NCBI GenBank assembly: GCA_014297435.1
Contig: JACOQA010000001.1
Coordinates: forward strand, 128,001 to 192,000
Length of the DNA stretch: 64,000 nucleotides
Direction of reading: 5' to 3'
Source: Candidatus Nanohaloarchaea archaeon
GTDB lineage: Archaea > Nanohalarchaeota > Nanosalinia > Nanosalinales > Nanosalinaceae
The notes beneath the pieces are model-generated. The model searched no databases. It was given only the letters and a program-made list of their open reading frames with translations, and had not been told where the DNA came from. Positions 28,402 to 38,421 of the stretch are shown one piece after another; positions within the stretch are counted from its first letter, which is position 1; the number at the start of each line of letters is the position of its first letter. The position numbers and the translations under genes were made by a program.

Positions 28402-29727
28402 ATGGCTTCAACACAACCAAAAAACGGCGAAGACCTCGAAAAAGTCGCAGAACGTCTAAACCCAGTTAAGGGAAAAACCACTTCCGCAGACAGAATGGGC
28501 CGCCACAGACTAATGACAGACGGAAGCGGAGACCGGGAAGGAAGACCAGACCTAGAAGGAGCAGAAAACATCGACCAAGAAGCCCAAGGTGACGGAGGAG
28601 CATACGGCAAATTCGGACAAACAGAACCTGTAAATGAGGATTCCGGATTTAACATAGATATTACGAGAAGACAAGCAGTAGCAGGAGGAGGCTCAATCCT
28701 CGCAGCATTAGGACTAGGATTCGGAGCAACACAACTAGATCAAGAAAACAATCAAAGAGAAACAGGAGTAGCAAACCCCTCAGACAAATCAGCTCCAACA
28801 GGAAATGAAACTAGAAACAAAGAAGATCCAACCGAAAGCGATGTCGATGATCAAACTTCAGAAGAACCAATAAATGATGGTATTAAGTTTGCAGAAATTT
28901 ATAACGACACTATACCTGGTGCTGGCTTCGACAGCTTTTCACAAGGGGAAGTAAGAACAGTAAAAAGAGTTGAACAGAGAGAAGATACTTCAGCAGCCCT
29001 TGAAAGAACAGTAGAACTGCTTGAAAACCGCAATGATCCTGCAGCAGAAAGAGGATTCAAAGAAGTAGTACACAACGACCTTGGATACACAGAAGACCAA
29101 GTAAGAGTCCTCGACAGGAACCACAGCGACGGAACACCTTTCGCAGCAGTAATGGTCAAAAACGAAGAAGGAGACTGGGTTAAAGATCTTATGAGCTTCA
29201 CAGGTACTGAAACAGGTTACCTAAGGCACGATGAAGACAGTCTCGACAGCAGCGGAGAAAGAGGACTCAATGACATTGTTAGGGAAGGCGGTAATGTTGC
29301 TTCCGCCACTATATTCAGTAGAATTCGGGAGTATATTCAGTCATTTGGAGCCAGAGACTCATTTAGCGATAGTGAATGGAAAGAGATTGCTGAAAGCTAC
29401 AACGTGAGGAATGATCATATTGTTGTAGGTGATGTTGAGGACAGAGGAGAGATTACTTACACGCCAGACGCTGCTTCAGCTGTTGAGGATATTATGAAGC
29501 CTGATGGCACTCAGGTATTCAATCAGGAGATGGAGATGGTAGAAGCGGCAACCGAATTCTATCATAACCAGATGGGAGAATACGGCAAGGTCGATGTTAA
29601 AACAGGAGAGCTTGAAGAGGGAGAAGTTGAGCTCACACAACTAGAGTCAGGTGAGACACTCTACATGGAAGAAGTTGATGCAGAGATTTACAATGAATTG
29701 GCCCTCACCCTCTACGAGGCTGAATAA
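28402..29727 (+). CDS. Hypothetical membrane-anchored protein with internal twin-arginine motif
   Basis: ITRRQAVAGGGSILAALGLGFG after ~85 aa polar N-terminus. Confidence 0.75.
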   Translation: MASTQPKNGEDLEKVAERLNPVKGKTTSADRMGRHRLMTDGSGDREGRPDLEGAENIDQEAQGDGGAYGKFGQTEPVNEDSGFNIDITRRQAVAGGGSILAALGLGFGATQLDQENNQRETGVANPSDKSAPTGNETRNKEDPTESDVDDQTSEEPINDGIKFAEIYNDTIPGAGFDSFSQGEVRTVKRVEQREDTSAALERTVELLENRNDPAAERGFKEVVHNDLGYTEDQVRVLDRNHSDGTPFAAVMVKNEEGDWVKDLMSFTGTETGYLRHDEDSLDSSGERGLNDIVREGGNVASATIFSRIREYIQSFGARDSFSDSEWKEIAESYNVRNDHIVVGDVEDRGEITYTPDAASAVEDIMKPDGTQVFNQEMEMVEAATEFYHNQMGEYGKVDVKTGELEEGEVELTQLESGETLYMEEVDAEIYNELALTLYEAE

Positions 29728-29740
29728 ACTTCTTATCCTC

Positions 29741-32038
29741 TCATCTTCCGTTTGAACCGAAATCCCAACTATCGTAATCTTGGTCTATACCTTCAAGTGG
29801 ATGTCTAGAACCTATTCCATTAGCTGGGTTACCCGTGTTGAAGTGTTTGAATGGGTCTACGTTTAGGGTGTTGGTTCTTTGGGCTTGTTGTTTGAGCCAT
29901 GATGTATTTACTGGATTATCGCGGATCTGCGAAACCGTTTGAATCTTTGTCTCAATTTTGCTAGCGTCATGTTCGTTGACTCCTTCTGTTATGTAGGCTG
30001 TTGTTGTTTCTGGTTCGAATGATCCTACATGACCGCTGTTTGTGTCTTCGTTCCAGAATATTTCCCCTTCATGGTATAGCTTGACGTTAGCGGCTGGCGG
30101 GTTTTCGAATGGTTTAACCGCCTGTTGGAATCCATACATACAGGTGTATTGGTTGGGATTAGCAAGAGTTGGTCTTTCTGGTAGCTTTCCAACTACTCCG
30201 ATTCCGTAGGGGTAGAAGGTGTTGTCATCAATGGTGGTTGTAGGTGGTTTTCTCTCTAAGTTAACTCTTTTCGAGGAGTCTGAAGGTCGTTGAGCTGGTG
30301 TTCCTCTCCAGCATTGTGCTCTAATGCTTACGGGGTCGGCAAATTCGCCGCCTGTGGGGGTTTCCGGGTGGGTTGAAAGCCATATGTCTAAGGAGGATAG
30401 AGGAACGAAGAATCCTGCATAACCTTCCGTCTGGTCTGGAACAATATTGAAGAATTTTATATTCATCGTTTCCTTTTCGCTTTCTTCGGTACCGCACAAC
30501 CATTCTCCGTCTACGTAGGTCCATGATGTACCTGTAACGCAGTTACCGGCGAAACCTCCCCTGAATACTGCAGGATTATCTATAGTTCCTTCAGCTGAGC
30601 TTATCGATCCTTCGTATTCAGAGTTGTCTTTAGGGGCTCCAGCGTTAGCTACCTGCCATTCTTCATCCATTTCACCTGATTCATACATATCTCCGCCGGT
30701 AACGAAATTGTTTTCTCCGTAGTAGCTGGTTCCGTGGTGTCCTGAACCGGTGTAACTGAATTCAGCGCTTTTAAGAGTCTGGTATTTTACGCTATCGAAG
30801 TAAGCCAGTAGAGATGATTCAGGGTTCTCAACATAATTATTTACTATTTGTGATTCTGATGAAGTAGGTATCTGGTTCTCAGGTACCTTGTATGCAGCTA
30901 CCTTCATTGTTTCGTGCGGACCCCAGTAGCTAGATGTCAGAGGCAGACTGTTACAGAACTGTTTTCTTTTTTCATATTCAAGATGGTCATTGAAACCCGG
31001 TTTACATTCAAAAACATGCGGGAAACCTTCGTTAGCAGTATTCGGTTCCTGTATTTCGTTTGAATCTGTGTACTTAATAGAGAAGCCTGCTTCATTACTG
31101 TAATCACAGGAACCATCTTCCATAACACCAGCCTGGAAAACTTTCTCAAAATCCTCATTCTGGATTATACGGTTGCAGCTTGTTTCAGAGCTTTTTTCTT
31201 CATCTGTTAGTGAATCACATCCGGGATCATTGTTGGTTGTAGATGTAAATTTTGAATTCTGATGGTCTAATCTTCCGTTATCATCATTATCGATTCCGTC
31301 TTTACATTCTGGAAGACTACTCCACTCTCCATTAAGTTGGCATTCGTATCCTGTATAGCCGTCTTCAGCGGTATAGACAACTCTATCTTCGGAAGTTGCC
31401 TCATATCTTTGATTGTTACATAGATGGAACTTGGTGTTATCGAAAAGTTTTGGATCCTCATAATCGTTCAAATCTCCTCGAGCAGCTCCTACAATTATTT
31501 CGCCTTGAGGTTTATAACCAAGAATCCCTGAAACTCTAGGGTTCTCATTAATTTTACAGTCAAAGTTTCCCTGTCCACATTCATTGTGAAAGTCTTCCGA
31601 AAAACTCTTCGTAAATATATGGTTAAGGTTGCCATTACAGTTATCAGTCAAGCATGGAGAACTAGCTATTGCTGTACTTAACTGGGAGAGCGAACCATCT
31701 GTAGACATTATATTTCCTTGATGGGTACGGTATTTTCCGTTTTTCCCGGATTTCCTATCTCTTATCATTAACAAAGGGGCAGAGTTTCCTTCATTTTCGA
31801 ACGAGGAATCATCCGGAAAATTCTCTCTTATAGTGAAACCTTTTACACTATCAAAACTATTCGAAGCTTCAGAAGTATGTATATCAACTATCAAATATTC
31901 GCCGGATAGAAGTCCTGGTTCGCTTACTTGGCTGGTTGATGGTTCGCCGCCAAAGGAAAAAAGATCTCCCAAGTTAATTGCTGAAGCAGTTGAAATAGCT
32001 AGAATAATGGCTGTTAAAAGTACCAAAACCTTCTTCAT
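29741..32038 (-). CDS. Secreted Cys-rich protein (765 aa)
   Basis: MKKVLVLLTAIILAISTASA signal; ECKDGIDNDDNGRLD...DPGC; many paired Cys. Confidence 0.85.
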   Translation of the reverse strand: MKKVLVLLTAIILAISTASAINLGDLFSFGGEPSTSQVSEPGLLSGEYLIVDIHTSEASNSFDSVKGFTIRENFPDDSSFENEGNSAPLLMIRDRKSGKNGKYRTHQGNIMSTDGSLSQLSTAIASSPCLTDNCNGNLNHIFTKSFSEDFHNECGQGNFDCKINENPRVSGILGYKPQGEIIVGAARGDLNDYEDPKLFDNTKFHLCNNQRYEATSEDRVVYTAEDGYTGYECQLNGEWSSLPECKDGIDNDDNGRLDHQNSKFTSTTNNDPGCDSLTDEEKSSETSCNRIIQNEDFEKVFQAGVMEDGSCDYSNEAGFSIKYTDSNEIQEPNTANEGFPHVFECKPGFNDHLEYEKRKQFCNSLPLTSSYWGPHETMKVAAYKVPENQIPTSSESQIVNNYVENPESSLLAYFDSVKYQTLKSAEFSYTGSGHHGTSYYGENNFVTGGDMYESGEMDEEWQVANAGAPKDNSEYEGSISSAEGTIDNPAVFRGGFAGNCVTGTSWTYVDGEWLCGTEESEKETMNIKFFNIVPDQTEGYAGFFVPLSSLDIWLSTHPETPTGGEFADPVSIRAQCWRGTPAQRPSDSSKRVNLERKPPTTTIDDNTFYPYGIGVVGKLPERPTLANPNQYTCMYGFQQAVKPFENPPAANVKLYHEGEIFWNEDTNSGHVGSFEPETTTAYITEGVNEHDASKIETKIQTVSQIRDNPVNTSWLKQQAQRTNTLNVDPFKHFNTGNPANGIGSRHPLEGIDQDYDSWDFGSNGR

Positions 32039-32098
32039 ATATCTAGAAACTGCGGAAGACCTGTATATAAAACTGGATGAAGGAAAGAGAGAAAGAAT

Positions 32099-33361
32099 TT
32101 AGGAACGTGGTAGGTCCATCAGGTAGCGATCCTTCATCTCCATCAGTTCTGACTGGTCGCCTCCACCCATGAGACCCATCAATCCCATGTAGGAAACTTC
32201 ATCGTCTTCCTGTTCTTCGTACTCGTTCCAGTACTTACGAAGCTTGTTGTGCGTACCGGAAACCTGTTCGCGAGAGTCTCCGACACCACAGGTATTTCCT
32301 ACACCTATGACTGCGACCTCTCCATCAAACTCCTTAACGATCTCTTCGACTTTCTTGACTGCTGGCTTGTATGCCTCGTAGATAGGCTTCTTCATAGGCT
32401 TCGATGCTTCAGGTGGGCTTTGTTTGATTACGATTCCTTCAAGCGGGACATCGTGTTCGGTCGCTGCTTCCTCAATTTTCGTCTTCTCCACTCCAGGTCC
32501 GCCCATCATAACACCGACTCCTTCGCTGATTGAACCGGTTTCTTCTCCTTCGAACTTGGCTCCTGCATCAACTGTGATTATTGCTTCAAGGTCGTTTTCT
32601 TCTGCGATATCGTCGACTGCGTCCCCGTACTTTCCTAGTCTTGCTCCGGGTCCTGTTGACTTGATTACGTGGACTTTCTGGTCTCCAATCTCTTCTTCGG
32701 AACGAATGATGTCCTCTGAAACTTCTTCAGGTTCTGATTCGATCATCTTCGCCGCAACCAAAGGACCTATTGAGTCGCCGATAGGTGCGTTGTCGACGAA
32801 AGCTCTTGTTGCTTGGTGCTGTGCTTCGGCGATCTCTTCGTAGATCGGAACCATCATGTTGATCATTCCGACTAGCTGGATGTTGCCGGTCTTTTTGATC
32901 AGCTGTCTGAAGTGTCTCATGACTTTGTGGATCTGGTGGGTTCCCATTACTCCTTTGAAAGCCATGTTGAGGTCCGCTAGTTCTTCTTCGTCTTCTGTCT
33001 CTGCTGTACCTTCGATAAACCGGTTGAACTTGTTCTCGCTTGTATCCAGTACGTGTTCGAGCTTTCCGACCATGCCTGCCGGATCAAGGTTTGTCGGTGC
33101 GGACATTTTGAAGTCTTTAAGGGATTCGAACTTGTTTCTCTGTTTCTCCGACATCTCGCCACTTATACTGTCGACGAATAATTGCTCTGAACTATCCTTG
33201 TAGGTCTCAAGTGATTCGAGGACGCCTCTGAGCTTCCTGTCGGTCTGCCATATCATTATCTTCGGGAAGAAGAAGATCAGTCCCACGAATGCAAGTGACA
33301 TCAGGGTTTGTATTATTACGAACAGATTGTTTTCTCCACCTGTCAGGAAAGGTAGTACCAT
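32099..33361 (-). CDS. DUF1512 family protein
   Basis: PTNLDPAG, PIGDSIGPLVA, GPGARLG, IITVDAGAKFEGEETGSISEGVG, IGVGNTCGVG. Confidence 0.88.
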   Translation of the reverse strand: MVLPFLTGGENNLFVIIQTLMSLAFVGLIFFFPKIMIWQTDRKLRGVLESLETYKDSSEQLFVDSISGEMSEKQRNKFESLKDFKMSAPTNLDPAGMVGKLEHVLDTSENKFNRFIEGTAETEDEEELADLNMAFKGVMGTHQIHKVMRHFRQLIKKTGNIQLVGMINMMVPIYEEIAEAQHQATRAFVDNAPIGDSIGPLVAAKMIESEPEEVSEDIIRSEEEIGDQKVHVIKSTGPGARLGKYGDAVDDIAEENDLEAIITVDAGAKFEGEETGSISEGVGVMMGGPGVEKTKIEEAATEHDVPLEGIVIKQSPPEASKPMKKPIYEAYKPAVKKVEEIVKEFDGEVAVIGVGNTCGVGDSREQVSGTHNKLRKYWNEYEEQEDDEVSYMGLMGLMGGGDQSELMEMKDRYLMDLPRS

Positions 33362-33467
33362 GTTCGGGAATATGATCTGGAGGCTTTTTAACCCCTTGGA
33401 ACGCACTTTAGAAATTACCAAAAAACTGTAAAAACCGTTAATAGATCCTAATGAACACTTTTCGTAT

Positions 33468-34028
33468 CTAGTCCATTATCTCTGACATCAACCCGTCGAA
33501 CTCCTCAGTTGAAGGATTCGATCTTAAAAGTAGTTTCGCCATAACTTCAGAACACTCCGAAGAAATCATGGTTTTTTGTTCTTTGTTTATACCTTCAGGC
33601 TTTTCTCTATCGGTCATAGAGTACATTAGGATCGAGGCAGAATGACTCAAGTTGATCGAAGAGTAACTTCCTGTTTCGATGTGGACAACCGCATCACACA
33701 GTTCAAGTTCATCGTTAGAAAGACCGTTTGACTCTCTCCCTAACATGATCGAGGTATTTTCTCTAGGAGTAAAGGTTTCAAGTTCAACGCCTCTGTCAGG
33801 TTTGGTTCCAACAACAAAGTCTAAATCTCTGACAGCTTCCTGGACTGAATCAAAAATTCTTGCGTCTCTCAGTTTTTGCTGTGCTCCAGAAGCTGTGTTT
33901 CTTGCTTCCGAAAGGTTAAATTCCGGTTTAACCAGTCTAAGAGAATATCCGAAGTTGGCGCAAAGTCTCGCAATAAAACCGGTGTTCTCAGGAATCTCAG
34001 GTTCCACAATTACAATGCTACGACCCAT
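33468..34028 (-). CDS. SPOUT tRNA methyltransferase, TrmJ-like
   Basis: IVEPEIPENTGFIAR, GRESNGLSNDEL, YSSINLSHS. Confidence 0.9.
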   Translation of the reverse strand: MGRSIVIVEPEIPENTGFIARLCANFGYSLRLVKPEFNLSEARNTASGAQQKLRDARIFDSVQEAVRDLDFVVGTKPDRGVELETFTPRENTSIMLGRESNGLSNDELELCDAVVHIETGSYSSINLSHSASILMYSMTDREKPEGINKEQKTMISSECSEVMAKLLLRSNPSTEEFDGLMSEIMD

Positions 34029-34692
34029 ATGAGAAGTTGCCGTAGCTAAGCTTGTCAACCTTTCCATCCAGATACATCGTCTTGTTCTCCGGGTAGACTG
34101 TTATGTTGCCCTTGAATGAGTTTAAGTTCAGGCTTCTTGAACCGGATCTGAAACGCGTGAAAGCATCATTCGAGGAAACTGATCCCTGGACTTCAGCAAA
34201 CTTCAGAGGGGTCTTCTTCACGTTAAACATTCTGATCTTCTCAGAGTGCATTCTCTCGTTTATCTTCATCTTGCCTGTTAAGTTTACTCCTGAAGTTGTC
34301 ATACCTGAGATCTTTCCTTCCAGTGTTGTGTTCTGACCTGCGTTCAATTTCCCTTTGAAACCTCTCAAAGTCATGTAAGAGTCAGATTTGATCCTGTTTC
34401 CATCTGCCTTGATATCTGTCAGATTTGAGGCTTCCAGGCTTGTACCATCTAATTTGATCGTGTCTTCGTACATGCTAATAATTTTGAGTTCTGCCTCAAG
34501 ACTTCTCTCTGGTTCAGGCACTGAGTTAAAGAAACTGGTTATCTTTTCTATAGGTCCATTTAGTCCCGAAACTTCAGGTGTTTCAGGCACGTCAGGAACT
34601 AATCCCTGTGTGTCTACTGAACCACCTCCTGTACCTGCCGCTACCGCTGTTAATGTTGCCAGAACTGCCGCTAGTATCTTTCCATCAAGCAT
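34018..34692 (-). CDS. Hypothetical N-terminally anchored beta-rich protein
   Basis: Hydrophobic N-terminus ILAAVLATLTAVAAG, beta-strand-like body. Confidence 0.75.
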   Translation of the reverse strand: MLDGKILAAVLATLTAVAAGTGGGSVDTQGLVPDVPETPEVSGLNGPIEKITSFFNSVPEPERSLEAELKIISMYEDTIKLDGTSLEASNLTDIKADGNRIKSDSYMTLRGFKGKLNAGQNTTLEGKISGMTTSGVNLTGKMKINERMHSEKIRMFNVKKTPLKFAEVQGSVSSNDAFTRFRSGSRSLNLNSFKGNITVYPENKTMYLDGKVDKLSYGNFSYGS

Positions 34693-35172
34693 TCATTCAT
34701 CGTCCTCCTTCTTTGTAACTTTGTCAAGAACAACTTCCTTGGTGTTCTTATCGCTATCTTTGTCGTTCTCAGCTTTTTCATTAGTGTCTCTCCGGTATTT
34801 CTCCAGCTTCTTTTTCTCCTTATGATGGGAGTAAAGCTTTCTAAAGGGAACAAACAACAATCTCAACGCCTTATAAGGTATTTCTATGATTGTTGATGCG
34901 ATTCCGTATGCAGATGAAAGCACGCTATAACCCATGTAGAGTGTTGCGCCAAGGAATGCGTAGAAAAGCATAAGGTTAAGACTTGTAGAGTATCCTAGAA
35001 CTGATCCTAGAGCGATATAGAATACTCCTGAAAGCACAGATACTATTATAGTTTCTAAAACCATGGTCATGATTTTGAAAGCCACAACAAACGTAATTAC
35101 TAGTAGAACTACCAGTGCTGCTGTCTGGAACTGTGCTGGTAACTGGTTAATCAAAGGGATCATCTCGATCAT
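34693..35172 (-). CDS. Hypothetical multi-pass membrane protein
   Basis: 3-4 hydrophobic segments, charged tail. Confidence 0.8.
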   Translation of the reverse strand: MIEMIPLINQLPAQFQTAALVVLLVITFVVAFKIMTMVLETIIVSVLSGVFYIALGSVLGYSTSLNLMLFYAFLGATLYMGYSVLSSAYGIASTIIEIPYKALRLLFVPFRKLYSHHKEKKKLEKYRRDTNEKAENDKDSDKNTKEVVLDKVTKKEDDE

Positions 35173-37868
35173 TTTCCTAACACGCTATAACCTGGATCTC
35201 CTTGCTCAGGGATGACACTCGTGTATCCGACGAAGCCAATTAACAGCATTACGAGGACGCCTATGAGAATAGGTAGGAATCCGCCTCCACCACTATTTGG
35301 TTCTGATGGTCCTGTCGGATTTGAAGGGTTTTGAGTTCCGCCAGTGTTACTATTTGCTTGTCTCTCAATATTGTTAAGTGATGTTACAATACTCTGGTAT
35401 CTCTGTTCAGTGTATTGTGATTCCAGCCTGTTTATCTGACTTGAGACATCGTCGATCTGTGACTGAAGTTCTGGCTCGTTTATCCTCTGATCGAGTTGAG
35501 TGAGTCTATCCCTTAGATCTTGTATATTCTCCTCTTCAGGGTTTTCAGCACTTACACTTATTGTATGCTCCTCCTGCTGGTCTCCATTTCTTCCTGTCAC
35601 GGTTATTGTCCCGGATGAGACTTCAGAAAATGTCAGATCGAAACTTTTTGACCCGCCTTCCGGTATCGAACCTTGTCCAGTTTCGACACTGAAAGGTGTT
35701 CCTGTAAAGGATAATGATTCTATCTCTGTCGATCCTGTATTTGAGATCATGACGCTTTGTGTTTCAGAAGTTATAGTCACTGAATTAGGAACTGAGAAGC
35801 TTAAATCGCCTGTATTGACGTTTGAGTTCTCATCGTCTTCATTTTCGCGTGTAACAGTATCCTCTATGTTTGAGTCAATGTCTAAACTTACTTCTCCTAC
35901 CTCAAAGGTTCCGGAAAAGTAACCCGTTGAACCGAAGTCGTAGTTAAGGGTTCCTTCGGCGTTACTTTTGTCCTCGTCGAAGGTTACTGTTTCAGGTTCA
36001 ACAGTTACGAAGTCAGAGATGTTGCCTGAAACGACAGGCGTGTAGGTCTTCGTTGAGTCTGAAGGTCCGAGATAATGGATCTCGAAATCTCTGTTGACAT
36101 TGATAGTCCGTGACACATCTACATCTACGCCCTCGGTCTCTAGACAGATCTGGCTCTGTTTGTAGTCGCATTCAGGCGTATCAAGCATTACCTCAACATT
36201 CTTAGAATAATCTGAACTAGTATCTGAGAGTGTTATCTCCCCATCGTATGACTGCACATCTGAAATATTGAACAGGATAGGAACATCTTTGGTTTCATCT
36301 CCATTAATGTTTACTTCGTTACCGTAGTTGACCTGTGCTACATCTTCTATTCCATCTGTGTAATCGAAGCTAATCTGGCGAGATACTGATTCTGTGTTCT
36401 CGATCTCCATTTCATAGCTGTAGTTGTTCTGCCTCTGGATATCCATCTCGATGCTATCAGTTGTTTCGAAAGTCTTCGAAGCGTTGGTTACGTTGAAGTT
36501 GGTTTGAGGTGCCTTCAACAACTTGCTATCTCCAAACTGGTCTGTGACGTTGATCCTTTTGCTGTAGATTCCGGCTTCCTCAGTAATAGGTATGTTTATC
36601 GAGTTTCTGTAGGTTCCGGTTCCTGAAACGTACTCCATGTCTCCTAGTGTGAATGAAGTGTAGTTCTCACCTTCAGGAGTCTTTATCGTTATGTCAGCAT
36701 CTATATCAGATCTGTTCAACTGTTCCGTGCTGAAAACTCTCGTAACAGACATTCTGACATTGTAATCGCCTGGAGGGGTTTTTGCGCTTGAAAGATCGTT
36801 GACCTCGAAGCTGTGGTAGGTGATATTTCTCTTAATTACATCCTGCCTTCTATCATTAGTAGCGTTGTAAAACAATTGTAGCTTTTTGCTATAGTTAGAA
36901 GTGTCAATAACAGGTATATTCATCTCTGCCTCGTACTTCTGTTCCTGTAAGTTCTCCATCCTCGTGGTATCGTGCTCTATCCATTGACTTGAGTTCGGAT
37001 GCCATTTCCTTATCGAGAGGTTGACATTTTCGGCTTCAGCTCCTGTAACCTCGTATTCTGTCTCAATAAGTGTTTCACCGCTGCATTCTGTAAAGAAGCT
37101 CATGTTGTTACATCCTTGATCTGCATGAAGAGTATTTACCTTCCCTTCAAGTGTAGGATATGTATCAACTTCCCACGAACGGGATCCGACGGAGGAACCA
37201 GATGTGGTTGATCCTTCGATATGCATAACATATGTCCTGTTCTCTCCTGGAGGGGTTTTAACCTTGGAGTTGTACCAGTACTGGTCCTCAGGATCGTTGT
37301 CATAGTTGTTAAGATCATACTTTTCGGAAGTCCATGTACCGTTTGTGAACCAAACGTTCACGTCAGAGTTTGATAATACATCTCCGTTCTGGCGATTAAT
37401 GGTTCTGATCTCGTAAGTATACTCTTCATCAGCCTTCATTATACTCGTAGGTCCTGTGAGTTTCTCTAACTCCATGTCTCCTACTGTAAAGCTCTGGTTG
37501 ACGGCTGTCTCAAATCCATCAGAAGAATCATCGTAAAGGTTGTATTGGACTTTAGTGGTTTTTGAAGCGTTAGCCTTGAACTCCGCCATGTAGTACCCTT
37601 CTACAAGGTATTCTGTATTGTTGCGTTCGTTGAAGGGTCCATATCTGTAGTAAAGATCGGCATCATCTCTTTCAAGTCTCTGCCCGGTTACAGGATCTCC
37701 TTCGCTATCAGTCAGTTTAACAAGTTTAATGGTGGAGGTGTTGTTGGTAACCTGTAGGACGTTTTCCGGGGCACCTACTTTTTCTACGTTCCAGTTGGAT
37801 GATTGTGCCGCAACCGAGATAGTGAAAAGTACTAACGCTAGAGCTAGGACTAACTTTTTCGGATCCAT
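35169..37868 (-). CDS. Large (899 aa) surface protein with Ig-like domains, coiled-coil stalk and C-terminal TM
   Basis: Signal peptide, many N-x-S/T sequons, coiled coil, Gly/Pro linker, TM. Confidence 0.85.
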   Translation of the reverse strand: MDPKKLVLALALVLFTISVAAQSSNWNVEKVGAPENVLQVTNNTSTIKLVKLTDSEGDPVTGQRLERDDADLYYRYGPFNERNNTEYLVEGYYMAEFKANASKTTKVQYNLYDDSSDGFETAVNQSFTVGDMELEKLTGPTSIMKADEEYTYEIRTINRQNGDVLSNSDVNVWFTNGTWTSEKYDLNNYDNDPEDQYWYNSKVKTPPGENRTYVMHIEGSTTSGSSVGSRSWEVDTYPTLEGKVNTLHADQGCNNMSFFTECSGETLIETEYEVTGAEAENVNLSIRKWHPNSSQWIEHDTTRMENLQEQKYEAEMNIPVIDTSNYSKKLQLFYNATNDRRQDVIKRNITYHSFEVNDLSSAKTPPGDYNVRMSVTRVFSTEQLNRSDIDADITIKTPEGENYTSFTLGDMEYVSGTGTYRNSINIPITEEAGIYSKRINVTDQFGDSKLLKAPQTNFNVTNASKTFETTDSIEMDIQRQNNYSYEMEIENTESVSRQISFDYTDGIEDVAQVNYGNEVNINGDETKDVPILFNISDVQSYDGEITLSDTSSDYSKNVEVMLDTPECDYKQSQICLETEGVDVDVSRTINVNRDFEIHYLGPSDSTKTYTPVVSGNISDFVTVEPETVTFDEDKSNAEGTLNYDFGSTGYFSGTFEVGEVSLDIDSNIEDTVTRENEDDENSNVNTGDLSFSVPNSVTITSETQSVMISNTGSTEIESLSFTGTPFSVETGQGSIPEGGSKSFDLTFSEVSSGTITVTGRNGDQQEEHTISVSAENPEEENIQDLRDRLTQLDQRINEPELQSQIDDVSSQINRLESQYTEQRYQSIVTSLNNIERQANSNTGGTQNPSNPTGPSEPNSGGGGFLPILIGVLVMLLIGFVGYTSVIPEQGDPGYSVLGK

Positions 37869-37899
37869 GGAGTAGGTTATGTAGAATCCATTAAAAAAT

Positions 37900-38421
37900 C
37901 TACTTGAGTTTCAGGACGTAGAGGGTCTCAAACCAGAGTTCTTTTTCCCGTATAATCTCTGGATCGAATTTTTCATGAAGTCTTTCGAGGTCTGCAAGGG
38001 AACTTGCAACTAACAAGATTTCTCCGTCCTCTTTAAGGTAATATTCTGCAGTATCAAGGAAGTTCAGGGTCAGCTCAACACCGGTTTCTCCACCCCTCCA
38101 GACATTTTCCTCTCCAAGCCCTTTCCTGCCAGGTAGGTAAGGTGGGTTGAAAGCGATCAAATCAAATCCGGATTCAATATTTTCGAACAAGTCTGATTCC
38201 ACAAACTCTATGTCAAGACCTTCCTCTTCAGCTTTTCTCTCAGCATGTTCCAGGGCTTCAGGATCTATATCTGCAGAAACTACTTCAGCACCTGAATCGG
38301 CCATCGCGCGACCTATGATACCGGAGCCAGTTCCCATATCAAGACAGGTTTTACCCTCGAGATTTCTTCCCTCCAAAACGGATTTCAGCAGTAAGGAGTC
38401 TTCCGCTGGTTTGTAAACCAT
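37900..38421 (-). CDS. HemK2/PrmC-like SAM methyltransferase
   Basis: VYKPAEDS, DMGTGSG, FNPPYL, GGETG. Confidence 0.93.
   Translation of the reverse strand: MVYKPAEDSLLLKSVLEGRNLEGKTCLDMGTGSGIIGRAMADSGAEVVSADIDPEALEHAERKAEEEGLDIEFVESDLFENIESGFDLIAFNPPYLPGRKGLGEENVWRGGETGVELTLNFLDTAEYYLKEDGEILLVASSLADLERLHEKFDPEIIREKELWFETLYVLKLK

Noticed and set aside
23754-32038. Surface proteins as DGR targets or proviral genes
   Set aside because: No reverse transcriptase, template/variable repeat pair, integrase or virion genes seen
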